Below are positions 1 to 14,800 of a stretch of DNA of 64,000 nucleotides, piece after piece. A program made the translations under genes and the position numbers. Numbering within the stretch: the stretch's first letter is position 1; each line of letters starts with the position of its first letter. Below the pieces are notes generated by a model. It made no database searches. It was not told the DNA's origin and saw only the letters and a program-made list of their open reading frames with translations. The stretch comes from the human T2T-CHM13v2.0 reference genome, Homo sapiens. The stretch is taken from NCBI RefSeq assembly GCF_009914755.1, contig NC_060934.1; one strand, written 5' to 3'.

Positions 1-1077
<1,077 letters not shown>

Positions 1078-3620
1078 TTCCCAGTCCTCCCTTTCTGATG
1101 GGAATGGGGGCTGGGGCCACAGGTTTTTCTGTGGTGTTAGGTAGATTACTGGATACAAGTTTCCTGCATTGCTAGTCTTCCTCTTTCCTGATCCTTTGGC
1201 TAGAGTGTGCAGGCTTTCTTAAATTTTTTTTTTGTGTGTGTTCCTTGTCATTTCCAGGGGCTGGCTTCTCTATCACTCATTTTAGGATACATTAGGCAAA
1301 AAGAAAATCACCATATTTTTCCTTGGGTCCCAAGCTGGTCTCACTTTTTCTCTCTACCTTTCAGAATATTGTGTTTTATATATAGTGCCCAGGGTTTTTA
1401 GCTGTATTTGACAGCAGGAAAAGGGAGAAGTATGTCTACTCCATCTTTTCCTGAAACTGGAATTCCCTGTTCTATTAAATGCTGATCAGAGTATGTTATT
1501 TCTACTCTCTATAAGTAAATTGACAAGAAGCTAAGTAGTTGACACCAAGGAAAGTAAGAGAGCTATTATTTTCAGGGTGGTTATATTTAATAGAAGAATT
1601 TTTAAGATACTCAAATCAAAGTAATGAAAAGAGGAAGAAAGATTCCACCAATTGCTGTGGGTGTTTATAAACAAGAATGATCATAATTAATTTAGGCAGG
1701 ATCAGGAAAAGCTTTTAGGAAATGGGTTTGAAAGAACCTAAGGGGGCTGGATAAGATTTTGACAGATGGGTAGAGAAGTGGAAGACGCATTGTAGGTGGC
1801 AGAAATAAAATGAGTAACATTCTTTGTCTTTCTGGGCATAAGCTCTGATGGCATACAACTGTTTGATAGGCTAATAGATGGGTGCCCCTTGGCGGTGGCA
1901 GGCAGCGCTGTTTATGTATTTATTTCACAAGGTTGTCTTTCCCTTCTTATACTCAGACCTATGCCAGAGATTATGATTTGTTGGTCTTGGGGAAATAAAG
2001 ACAGATATCATTGTTTTTGGTTTTAAAATTTCTTAGGTGGTTATAGTGTGTGGCCGGGATTGACAGATGCTACAGCTGCATCTCTAGATAAACACAGTAA
2101 ATTAATTTAATTTTGTTTAAATCAGTAAATAGTTAACTTAGTGTCTGCTACATGCTGGGGGAGTTTTAGGCTATAGAAGGTGGAACATCTAATATCTTTT
2201 AAAACTCCTGCGAACTTATAGGTACTGTGACAGATACTTTCACCTAAATTATTTCAGGAATTAATGATCTAGCAGGAGAGACAATTTAATACAAAGTTGA
2301 TTGTTTTAAATGCCATATAAATAGAGTTACAAAATTAAAAATAGAGTTATAAAATTACTGGAGTGGAGATGGGGACAGATATGAGTAACTAAATTATAGG
2401 AACTAAAAGTAAGAGGGTTCTTCGAGATGAACCAGTCCAGCCTCTGCATCTGACAAATAAGGAAACTGAGGCTCAAAAATCAGTAATTTTCTCAAGGTTA
2501 CAAGGCTTGGGAAAGATCCAAGGAAAAAAAGTTTCCCTGATTCCAAGGTCAGTGCTATTTCCACAGACCTGCAAAGGTAAACATACCTCTTTGGTGAAGG
2601 AAACAATGACTGTTTTCTTAAACATGTCTATGAAGTTACCATCTGAAAGTTTCTTTACTTAGTAGTACAGTGGGTAGAAGCTTGGTTCTGCAAAACGCAT
2701 AGGGAGGATTTGGTTGAGAATTTGTTTAGTATAAATATAGCCTTTGAACCAAAACACTTCACAAACAGCATAACAGCAGGTAGTATCTATGGAGAGCATC
2801 TGGGGTCATCACCTTATTCAATGTTTTCTAAGCTGTTTTTGCCAAATTAGCAAAAGAAAAAAGTATAATAATTTCAAAAGATAAGATTTTTATTTACTAG
2901 AATATCCTAAAGATTGTTAATTTAGTTTTTGTGGCTTTTTTTTTTCCCTTCATCAACATAGAAAATGGATCTTTTATGTTTCTGTTTTATATTGAACAAT
3001 GTGGGATCACCCTTAAATTTAAAGAAGTATTTGATTATACCTGAGTCAAAGAATGTTGATACGGAAAGTGAGAAAAATTTTTTTCATTTCAGACCGTTCA
3101 TAAGATCTGTAAACACTGTTAAACTATTATCGTAATTTTTAATACAATATTATTTTTAAGTCAGATTAATTGGTCTGAAAAAATATACATAATTTCTTTT
3201 GCAGATTTAACTGGGTATGATCATGATTTATAGGCTGATTTTCCTTAATGATATTTTAAGAGTGTTTCAGTAGATTTTTTTGTGCATATGTTTCAGTCAG
3301 TAAGGAGGCTAAGGACATAAGACCCAATATGGTTCCCTTTGTATAACATTGAACAGTTACTTTCTTGAAAAAAGTTTTTTCTGTAAAGTGAGGACATTGA
3401 AGTAAATGACATTTCAGGAGTATCGTAGTTCTGATAATCTGTGATTAAAATAAGTAAAGCTAAAAAGCCACAAGTTATTGAAATTAAAAAGCATGTCCAC
3501 GTAACCAGTGGCCTACATGTCACATTACAACATCCTGAATCTTTTTTAATGCTGTGTTGGTTTTGCTAACTTTAGCTAATGTTCTTTATTTTTACCTGCT
3601 AATCCTCTGAAAACCTGTGA

Positions 3621-3927
<307 letters not shown>

Positions 3928-4367
3928 GAAATAAAAATTTTTAGATGATAATTTTTTTGTATTGCCTGATTCACAAATTGGTGCATTTTCTGTGTGTTTA
4001 ACACCTAAAGTCTATCTCCCCCTTTAAATTCCTTCTTTTTCTGCAAAAGACTGGAATCTGCTACTTTAACAAGAGATATATGATGATAAATGTAATGTAT
4101 ACCGGAAAGAATATATTATTTCTTGTACATTGTACTACAAATATTAGAGGAAAATAATTTTTTAAAAAAATATTAAAAATAACTAGGTTTGGATTATGAT
4201 GTATTTTTAGTAATTTGAGCTGCCTGTATTTTAAAAAAATGAAATCTGTCTTCTCGTTAACACTATTGCTCTGTGTTATTTAAAAGTAAAACAAAGTATG
4301 ACTTGGTTTCTCTATTTTTTGGTTCCCTTTTTTATTATACCTCCCTACCCCATCTCTCTCTGCACAG

Positions 4368-4452
4368 GGTGGGTATTCTGCTCCCTCCTTCTCTCCTTGG
4401 CAGGGCTCCTTCCAGGGGATCCCACGGACTGTTCCACCGCACCGCAGACAGA
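4368..4452 (+). CDS. CCSER2: CCSER2 85-nt cassette exon (3n+1) encoding GGYSAPSFSPWQGSFQGIPRTVPPHRRQ plus 1 nt
   Basis: Pyrimidine tract and acceptor ctccctaccccatctctctctgcacag| (AG 4366-4367); donor AGA|gtgagt at 4453. Open in phase 0, and the leftover A joins CC at 18006 to continue as T-SSTTAFQQPS...KATTYRGPQ*, which matches my recollection of the short CCSER2 C-terminus. TGCATG at 4513 and 4620 downstream. Confidence 0.85.
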
Positions 4453-5609
4453 GTGAGTCTGTGTCTCTCACTCCTATCCTGCTCTGGCTTCCCCTTCATG
4501 GTATTTCCCTTCTGCATGACCTGTTCCTCCCCAGCACCTCCTTTTCTATCCTGAGTGCTCTGCAGGCATCTGCTAAAGCAGCACTCTCTGTGGTCTCCTC
4601 TCTTAACACTTCCTTTTACTGCATGTAAACAGACCTCTACTTAGAGCCTTATGGAAGCTGTCTGAGGTTAATTTCATTCTAATACTGTTTAAACCTATTG
4701 CCAGTGACCCTAGACCTACTGACATGCATCTGTCTTTAATGCATTTTCAAAACCTTGAAATATGTGAATAAAAATTGTTGTGTTATCTAATTGTTTTAAA
4801 AAGTGTACATGTGATCTACAATGGTATGATGGACAGATGCATAATGTGTGGGGAGCAGGCTTACTAGACCATTGCACATTTCTTTAAATAATATTTCCTA
4901 ATTAAGGGCTTGGATTGCATTTCACTGTCATCTAAAATAAAGATATTTCTAATTGTTTTTTCTAAAAGTGGTTTAAAACAACTAAGATGTTTTTGTAATT
5001 TATCAGCTTTACAGCACAGAAGAAATGGCTTTTGAATATGCATGGTTTACTAACATTTCTAATGATTTAGTTACTGTTTGACCTTAAAATTTTTGTTTAT
5101 GTTAAATCTCTTTTCCAAAACAGTGTGGGTTATTTTGTTTTATGTACTTAAGTATGCCTGGTAAGTTGGTTATATTTTATCTTTTTTGAAAAGTCACCCA
5201 TAAAAAGCTATTATTAATGAAAATGAAGTGTAAATACAGTCAATCAGAGGTATTTTTATGCCTTCTCCAAGGATTTATCATGATTTGTGATTCATTCAAT
5301 TTTTTCATTATCCATTTCCATGTGAAGTATCAAAGGTGTCAAAGGAGGAAATTTTAAGCAATTAGGAATGTGATTTATTTAAAGAAAATTTTATTTCTTG
5401 AATTAGCCAAAATTATGAGGTATCGACATGAATTCCAGAGAAGGCATGAAGTTTATTTTTTGGCTGCTACACCTCTCCTTCCCTTCTGTACTTTTTGTTT
5501 TAAAGAAAAATCGTTTCTGTAGGCTTTTATGTGATGTTCTTTAGTAGCAAGTTCGTTTGTTTACTGGAAGCAATGAGAAAAGGAGTTTTTTTGTCCTCCT
5601 CCTTTTCTA

Positions 5610-5663
5610 TCTCCCACCACCTTGGTAACTCCTCCTTCTCCCACCACCTTGGTAACTCCTCCT
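5610..5663. repeat. Perfect 27-bp tandem duplication
   Basis: tctcccaccaccttggtaactcctcct at 5610-5636 and 5637-5663. Confidence 0.95.
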
Positions 5664-6313
5664 TTTCACTTCTCTCGTCTTCAAGTAAGTTGCTTTCTTT
5701 TCTCCTCTATTTAAATAATCCCAGCACAAAAAGAATCATACTAAAATGCTAGTCAAGTCATCTGAAATTTCAAAGGGCAGATACAACAAATTATATGTTC
5801 TTAGGCTTGTGGCCAGTAAACAGCAAGGTTTGAGATTTCCCCTCAGATTAGCACACCCACCTGTGTACTTACTCAAGCCCCCTTTTAGCCTGTATCCTTT
5901 TTTGTCACCATGTTCCTCCCCCTTTCTCCTTCTCCTCAGCTAGCTGTAATACGGAATTGAAGTTTGGGATTAATTATTCTGTATTACAAATAGAGTTTCA
6001 GCTTTACTTTTAAAAACATGTTTATCAGAAATACCCATTTCATTGGTTTATTTGTATAGCATTAGAATTTTCTTGTCTTTTCCTTGAGTCAGTGGCTCTC
6101 CATTTTCAAGTGCTTCTTCTCCTTCCTTCTTGGGTTCAGAGCTTTCCTTTTTGTTTCCAACTGTGAAGCAGCACTATCCTACAATTCCTACAATACTAGT
6201 AAGACCTGCTTTTTTTTTTTTTTAAACCTTTCTAGATCAAAACTTCTTTGCATCTTCAGATTAACAAAAAGAAAGTTTTGGTTCTCCAGAGTTTGGATGT
6301 ATTAGTCATCTAG

Positions 6314-6319
6314 GGAAAA

Positions 6320-6363
<44 letters not shown>

Positions 6364-6419
6364 TCATATATATACTCATATATATATATATATATATATA
6401 CTCATATATATATATATAT
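6314..6419. repeat. poly-A followed by (TA)n microsatellite with TACTCA interruptions
   Basis: Directly visible. Confidence 0.95.
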
Positions 6420-6818
6420 GAGTCTTTTCCTGAGTAGGTTCTCACGGCCTGTGCATCTAAAAGCACTGGCCCTAGGATTTGATCTTTGAGACTTGTAGGT
6501 CCCTGTTTGTGCGAAGTAATGACCAGAGGGCCTGTTCACAGCCTTTTAATAACTATTAATGAGCTTGAAAGGTTCCTTTAGAGGGGAAATATACTCTAAA
6601 CTACTACTCTATTTTGAATTCACCCTGAGAACAGCTAAAGCAGTTTACTAATAAAGGGTTTTTTTTTAGTTATAAAATATAGAAAAGAAAGGTATGAAAT
6701 TATTAGAATAAATCTAGTGGTTTTCCAGAGGGTTTTGAAACAGATCTCTTCTTTTCCTATACTAAACTTGTAGTCAGATGATACTTGTCTCCACATTTAA
6801 TCAATATGTGGGTCCTAG

Positions 6819-7213
<395 letters not shown>

Positions 7214-7486
7214 TCTTTGATGACTTCTTGAACATCAGCTTGAGGGAACTGCCTTTATCCTCTAAATGGGGAGGCGAGGTAAAGCTTGGCTGTGAGTCTT
7301 CAGTAACAGCAGTTTGTTGTTTTTTAAGTTACGGAAGTATAGTAGACCTTCTAGTATGAAGATAGTCCGTTCTAAATATGCAGAGTGAGATAATTAATGT
7401 TTACAGGGAGTATTTAGCCCTCGTCACTCTAGAAAGCTGTAGTGGCCAGCAGTGTTCAAACTGCGTTGAAGAATATAGGAAAATAG

Positions 7487-7779
7487 GCGAGGCGCGGTGG
7501 CTCACGCCTGTAATCCCAGCACTTTGTGGGGCCGAGGCAGGCGGATCACGAGGTCAGGAGATCGAGACCATCCTGGTTAACACGGTGAAACCGCATCTCT
7601 ACTAAAAATACGAAAAATTAGCGGGGCGTGGTGGCGGGTGCCTGTAGTCCCAGTTAGCTACTCTGGAGGCTGAGGCAGGAGAATGGCGTGAACCCATGAG
7701 GCGGAGCTTGCCGTGAGCCAGATCGCACCACTGTACTCCGGCCTGGGCAACAGAGTGAGACTCTGTCTCAAAAAAAAAG
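7487..7779 (+). mobile_element. Alu (AluY-like)
   Basis: Sense Alu; TSD aagaatataggaaaata. Confidence 0.95.
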
Positions 7780-10700
7780 AATATAGGAAAATAGAGATAA
7801 ATGGAAGGTTCTGGCCTTTATTATTTTTCCTTCTCAGGAAATTTTGACTTACATTTCTTAAGTATATTACTAGTCTCTACTTCATGATACTTTTTTATTT
7901 CAAATTAAATTTTCTCTAGGTTAGCAGAAAATATCTACATTTAGGTCTTTCCTGCTGTTAGTAGGGATTTGAGCTTTTGTACAAATTCACTTAACTGGCA
8001 TTGGTGTAGTCTTTCTACTCTAATTTCCAACTGTGTAAAATTGGGAGTAATAAATAACCTACCTCAGAGTAGGAAAATTTAATAAAAATAATTGTTTTTG
8101 GCAAATAGAAAGCCTTCCTGGTAATTCCAAATAGCATTTCTTGCCAGAGCATGTACTTACAGGAATACTTGACTTTTCAAAAAGTATGTTTCGAAATAAT
8201 ACCTATTTCTTACTGTGTCTAACTAAGCTTTTAAAACTTGCTCTTTAGTACCTGGCTTGATAAATTTAGAAATCCTATTTATTTTTACCTTCCATGTGCA
8301 GTGACTTAATGCGAAGGGAAAAAGTTCTTTTAAAACAATAAAAATTACATAAATGCATCTATATTTGTCGTAATAGCCTGACAGTTTCTTGATGTAGTGT
8401 TGTGTCCACCATAATTATATTAAGAATGACAAATTTATATTGTCTTACATCTTCTTTCTCTTACAAATTTCAGGGGGTGTTTCACAAACATTTTTGACAT
8501 GCAGTGATTATAAATTTATTTTACATGACAGCCCAGTATACATTTACTGAGAGAAAGTATGTATTTACAACAACCTGATTCACTGTGTATGTATATTTAA
8601 AATTCTGATAAAAGATTCATGGGACAATACTTTCTCTTAAAATATTTGATCCTCTCATATTTTTTCTCTCTATTCTGTTTTTTTAAATGTTGCTAGCAAC
8701 CTGCAGTTAAAAAACATTGGTCTATTTTGCCCATATAAATATGAGCATTTAGGTTTTAATATACTGACTTTAAATATGAAGGCTAAGAAGTGTAGATAAT
8801 TTAATGTGCATAGATTTTGTGTGTATAATCAAAGTAAAGCTTTTTTTTTTTTTTGCAGAAATACTGTTTTTAAGTGGTGCCTCCTAAGAATTGTCTATGG
8901 CAGGAAAAAATGTTTATTGTTGAATATTAATAGAGTGGCTTAAATGGCTGATGAGCCCTTTGTAAGAGCCAGCTTTTCCTCAGTTTAACCAAAACGTTGA
9001 TCTTACTGAATGCCCACCTTTGCCATTTGCCTGCTTATCCTCGACTGCACTGTCTCAGTTTAGTAATTCACTGTACTTATTCTTTTAGTCCTTTTGGCTG
9101 GAGAATTGTTCTCTTGAAATTCATACAGTTGGATAATCTTTCTAAGAGCTACTTAAAAATTACACTTTCACAAATATTCCTATAGGAAACTCTTATGTAT
9201 ATTTTTAAAAATTTAGCCATACATTTTAAGAAAGGGGAAAAGACTAATATTAATTGAATACCTATTATGTGTTTTAATGTCTTAAGTACTTTTCTGGGCA
9301 TTTCATTTAAATTATTTGATTCTCACAACAACTCAGAGCCAGAGATATTATTCCAATTTTATAATAAGGAAGATGCAAATAAATCATAAATAAATCAATA
9401 AATGATGTAGTAATTTGCTCAGGGTAAGTGAACAAACCATAATTAAATTCTGTTCTACTTCCAGAGTCTGAACCTTAAATATTTTTTGTAAATACAATGA
9501 CTCTTCCTTCAAAATGTACATTTGTCCTATTTATAATAGTAATGTAGTGACTCATTATGGAGGAATTAGAAGAAACATTTTGGTATATTTCCTTTCAGTC
9601 TTTTAAATATTATGTTATAAAGTTGAATTTATGTATTTTCAGTCGTTCTGCTTTTTTCACATAGTATCATTTTATATATATACACACATTTTTATATGGT
9701 AAATATTTCTTGAAATTAACATTTTAATGGCCACTTGATAATGCATTATGTGGATATATTCTAAATTAATTTTTTTCTATTGGGCATTAATGTCGTTTCT
9801 AGTTACAGAGAGGAATATTGGTAAGCAGTTTATCTTTGTGTATAAATCAGTGTCAGTGTCTCTCTTTTCTTAGATTTCCTGGAAGGATATCATTTAATTA
9901 AAGGGTATACACTTTCTAAGGCCACTTGATGTGTCAAATGTGTATTTGACAATTGTTGAATTGTCAAACATGCTCATAATGTATAAATTAACAAGGCTCA
10001 ATCTGATTGACTCTAATGTGTGACTATAATCAATTTTATACATAAGAATAGCTTCAGCTTCCTTAGAAATTAGCTCTGGGAGTGACTTTTCATAAAAATA
10101 AAATATTTTTGAATGAAATGCAAACTAGAGTAACTCAGTAAAAAAACTTTACTAATTCAATTTCGTGTATGCTCATTTTTAATTTAAATATGGTTAACAT
10201 CAAATATGGTATTTTGTACCTTTTCGCAGCCAATTTCAAGGACTATCTAGTATAGTCATTGGTTAAATGACTAGAAATGTGCATCTAACTCATGGTCCAA
10301 TAGGCCTTCCACAAACGTAGGCATGGGTTAGTTTCTTGGAATTATGAGAAGTGCAGCGTTAGTGGTTTCTGTATAAAGCCTTTTATTACAATCTGCTTTG
10401 CAGCTTGTGGGATTTTTTTTAGCCAGTCTTTTTTCTGTACCATAATGCTTACAGTATTCTTGTACTCTGGATAAATATACTGTGTCTATTGATCACATCA
10501 ATGGAACTGTACTATTATGATGCCATTTAGGTTTTTTTTCCTGAACTACTCTACATCATCTGAGAGGTAGATGTTAATGGATTCTGTGTCTTTGAGATAT
10601 AGACCCACGAAATTAATCATCTAAGAGTGATTGTGCCTCTGTAGTAAATGCTTACTTAAGTCCCTCTTAATCACTTTGATACTTAAAAAAAAAAAAACCA

Positions 10701-11055
10701 AACCCGTTAACTGGTCATCAACTTAGAAAAGCCATTGAACTCTTTATTTCAGAAATTATTTTTAAACAATTTATATTATCAATCTGCTATCCTCTAAATT
10801 TTCTGAGGTCTAGAGGCACCATTTTGAGATACAGAGGAATAAGAGCATTCCTTTTTCCCAAAAAGCACTGGAAGCTGTGATTGGCTTCATGTGATCTCTA
10901 AAGCGAAAGTCTTTAAATCTAGTTGTAATACAGTATTAGGGATACAAATTAAGTCTTTCTATACTGATGTGCAGAGCCTCACTTATAATTTGCATCATAT
11001 TCAGGTTAAGATCAGATTATACCTTTAGTGGTCTTCAATGGCAATAATTAAACTG

Positions 11056-11342
11056 GCCGGGCGTGGTGGCTCACGCCTGTGATCCCAGCACTTTGGGAGG
11101 CCAAGGTGGGTGGATCACAAAGTCAGGAGTTCGAGACCAGTCTGGCCAACATAGTGAAACCCCGTCTCTACTAAAAATACAAAAAAATTAGCCGGGCATG
11201 GTGGCAGGCGCCTGTAATCCCATCTATTTGGGAGGCTGAGGCAAGGAGAATCGCTTGAACCTGGGAGGTGGAGGCTGCATTGAGCCAAGATTGCACTACT
11301 GCACTCCAGCCTGGGCAATAGTGCAAGACTCCATCTCAAAAA

Positions 11343-11385
<43 letters not shown>

Positions 11386-11387
11386 AT
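11056..11387 (+). mobile_element. Alu (AluS-like) with (AAAT)n tail
   Basis: ggccgggcgtggtggctcacgcc... ending in an (aaat)n microsatellite. Confidence 0.95.
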
Positions 11388-11852
11388 CTAACACTTATTT
11401 AATCTTATAATATGCAGAAGCCTCTGAAATTACTTAAAAATTCATTTCTACCTCCTTCATAAGAGGTTACTTGGGACTAAAACTTTTTAGGTATTTGGAG
11501 TATGAATATTAAATTTTATCAGAATTACTTTCAATATTTTGTTTGGTAAGAGTCTTCAAGTGATTCCTCTTAAGTGTGTGTGAGAAGTTTTACACATGCC
11601 TTTCTGAGGTTATGAGTATTTGTACTAACTCGCAAATTACTTTAGTAAGAAAGTATAAATCTATTTAATGTTTTTGTTATGTACAAATATATTAAATGAA
11701 ATAATGAATAATGCCTAGGAAAACACAACAATAGCAAAGCAAATACTTGTGGCTGCCACCCAGTCATGGCAATCCTTGGTGTTGTGTGTGGTCTCTGATG
11801 CCATTGTCCTGTCTTTTTCTTGTCTCTGCTCTCCCATTATGCCATTGGCAAG

Positions 11853-11862
11853 GAGTTGAGAA
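11853..11862 (+). CDS. CCSER2: Candidate 10-nt microexon GAGTTGAGAA (3n+1)
   Basis: AG at 11851-11852 follows an AG-free stretch (11764-11850) containing a CTGAT branch candidate (11795-11799), a pyrimidine tract and TGC motifs. Donor GAA|gttagt at 11863. Four (T)GCATG at 11964, 11971, 11985, 12000. Inferred from motif architecture only. Confidence 0.5.
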
Positions 11863-14800
11863 GTTAGTCCATTACTTCTCTGACAAAGCGTGGTACAGTA
11901 CAATTTCGGATTTTTTCCTACCACCTTCCTCATAATCACTTTTTTTGGTTTTTTTTTCCAGTTTGCATGATGCATGTCAGAGCCTGCATGAAAGTACAGG
12001 CATGTTACAGATGGCTCTATTTCCACCTTCCTTTTTATGGTTAAAATGTATTTAATAATAACAATAAACTTGTATGTACCCAGGAAAAAAATTAGCTAAA
12101 TTCTGTGTCTGTTATGCAGTAGCATTATTACACTTTAGAACATTTCCTGCTTTCTATTTGGTGCACTTTGACATATTTTTACTCCATCAGGACTTGACAT
12201 TTTAGCTGCCATCTTTTGCTAATAACCCTAGAACAAGAATGCTTATGAAAACTGGCATGAGTGCTTTTCCGTATGCTAATGCTGTAGATCTTTGAAGTGT
12301 CGTAAAACAGTAAAGGTGAACTGTTTTGCTCATTGGTGGGTACTACTTTGCCTTTTTTCATGTTCATTATGTTTCCCCCAATGGGTCACTGTGGAATCAC
12401 CTCTTTCCAGAAATACTGCTCCACACTGTGGCTTGAGTTTAGTATCTGAAAGTTATCCTGGGTAGGCTAGATCATCTAAGAAGGAAATAGGACATTATCC
12501 AGGAAAGTTAGTTCCTTAATATTGGTATTATATCTGCCTGTAGTGTTTTAAAATATATTAAAATAATCATCTGGTTATACTGTATATTCTGAAAGCCTGT
12601 GAACTCATCAGAACTAACCAAATTGCACAGAATATTAAATTTTAGTGCTGTATTTTAAGAAATTATCTGATGGTTCAAATTCTGGCTTTGCCACTTGCCA
12701 AAATGTTTGAATTTGAACACGTTAACATTTTTTAACCCCAGTTTACTCATTTATAGAAAGAAAAGAACAGTATGTTTCACCTAGGGGTCTCATGGTAACT
12801 AGAGATCATGCATGCAGACTCAAGAGTTTGAATCTATACCCTTGGAAAGAAGGGAACGCTGTTCTCTAAGAGCCCAGAGTATGACATTTCTCAGGTGTTT
12901 ATGTGTCAGGCATTGTACTGTTACTGGTTATTATTTGCAACAATTCCATGAAGTATATATACTGGTATTACCCTCATTTTGTAAATTATGAAATTCCATT
13001 TCAGGGTAGTGGGATTATTTTTACCCAATATCTCACCTCAGTGATAGATCTATAAGTGATAGAGCCAGGATTCAAACTCAGATCAGCCTGATTGTAAAAG
13101 CTAAGTGACTCAGTATTGTGTTGTACTACCTCCTTTGTAGAGAGAAGAAAGTTCTCTCTAAACTTGCATGTCTTTGCTCTGGTTCTTATCTCCAGGAAGG
13201 CAGTTAAAGATCCTTGACTTCTGTGTCATATTAAATATGCTTGATGTGGATTCAAAACTTATAGATAGTGTTGACATTATTGAACTATGTATTTGAAGCC
13301 TAGCAACCTCATATTCTAGTTTATTATTATATTGCTAAAGAACTTGCTTTTGTTTCGAAGACCCAGTTACAAAATAGCTATGACTTGAACTCATCATTCT
13401 TATATGCTTTAATAATCATAGAAGAAATTTATTGAGGACATACTATGTGCTAGGAAGTCCTATGCTAAATGTTTTACATATGTTGTCATATTTAATTATT
13501 AGAATTTTCTAGTAGCTGAATGCTTGTTAAGATACTTTCCCCAACCTATTTCTAGTCTTCAGATAAAAAACATTTGGTGGCTAAGATTTTAAAAGGTCAT
13601 TATGAGAGGTACTTATGTATAACATGCTTGTGTATAACATGCAGTCAGTATTTCCTGCTATCCTTCTAAACATGAATCATTAAGCTAACCAGACTTATTT
13701 GGAGGGAACAATTGTTTTTTCCTATTAGATTATTTTTCATCAGTGTTTATTTTTTGAAACTAGTTTTTATTTAATCATTAATGCTTCATCATTGACCTAA
13801 ATCACTTTGGTAATTCTTGGCCAAATAAGTAATTCTTGAATATACCACTAATATTTATTTATTCACTTATTCATTTATCTAGCAAATGTATATTTAATCC
13901 CTACTTTGTGCCAAATAATAGAAATACCAACTATAACGAAAAATGAATAAAGCATGGTACATGCCTGAAAGGAGCTCCAAGTCTTTGGCTATCTTTGTAA
14001 AGCAGCCTAAAATAGACATTTACAATTATCATTAAAGATGTCTACCAAGCCTTTGCACAACCCCCCTGTAGTGCCTATTGCTGACATTATTGAACTTGAC
14101 GCATGGAACTCTTTAATCTGAGAATTATCAGAATGGTGTGCTGAAGTTTACATGTATAACTAAAGTAAGACTTGAAGTTGCTGAGTTCAGTTAGAGGCAC
14201 TTAGCTCTGTAAGTCTGGGGATAGGTCCTCATTTTGATGCTTCAGTAACCAAGCCCTCCACAAGTTTCAGGATTAAAGTTTTACTCATTTGTGACTATAG
14301 GGAGTAGTTAAGATATGAGATCTTTCGTAGTGGGGGGATTCCTTTTGCCCTCTAGGTTTTGTGGGCTTCCGAGGCTATGAAATCCATCGATTAGCGGAAA
14401 GCCTTCCCAAAGGCCTTTTTTGGATACAAGCCAATACCTCATCTTGCCTGTCCCCTTCAAATCTTTTTCAGTCCTCTCCAGATTTTATGCCAAATAGCTT
14501 GTGATATGGTTTTTCTGACAATTTCGTCCCCACTGGTTACATTCCTCACTGGTTCCACTGGAGTGATCATTCTAAAACACACACATTAGATATTCTGATT
14601 CCTCTTCTTAAAATTCATCTATATCTCCCATCATCTACAGCACAAAGTCATAGCTACTTAGCCTGACATGAGTCCTAGGAGCTGGCCCTTAGCTATGCTT
14701 TTGCACTATCCTTTCAAATTCAGTCTAAAATTTGAAGTGACCAGAACATGGCATGTTCTTTTTTTGCCTCTGTGTTTGGCGTGTACTAGCTCATTACACA

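Noticed and set aside
1882-1895. CTCF-like CCGCCAAGGGGCAC (minus)
   Set aside because: Mismatch in the core AG position; too weak to call.
4273-4554. 93-aa ORF overlapping the cassette exon
   Set aside because: Different frame from the one defined by the splice sites; incidental.
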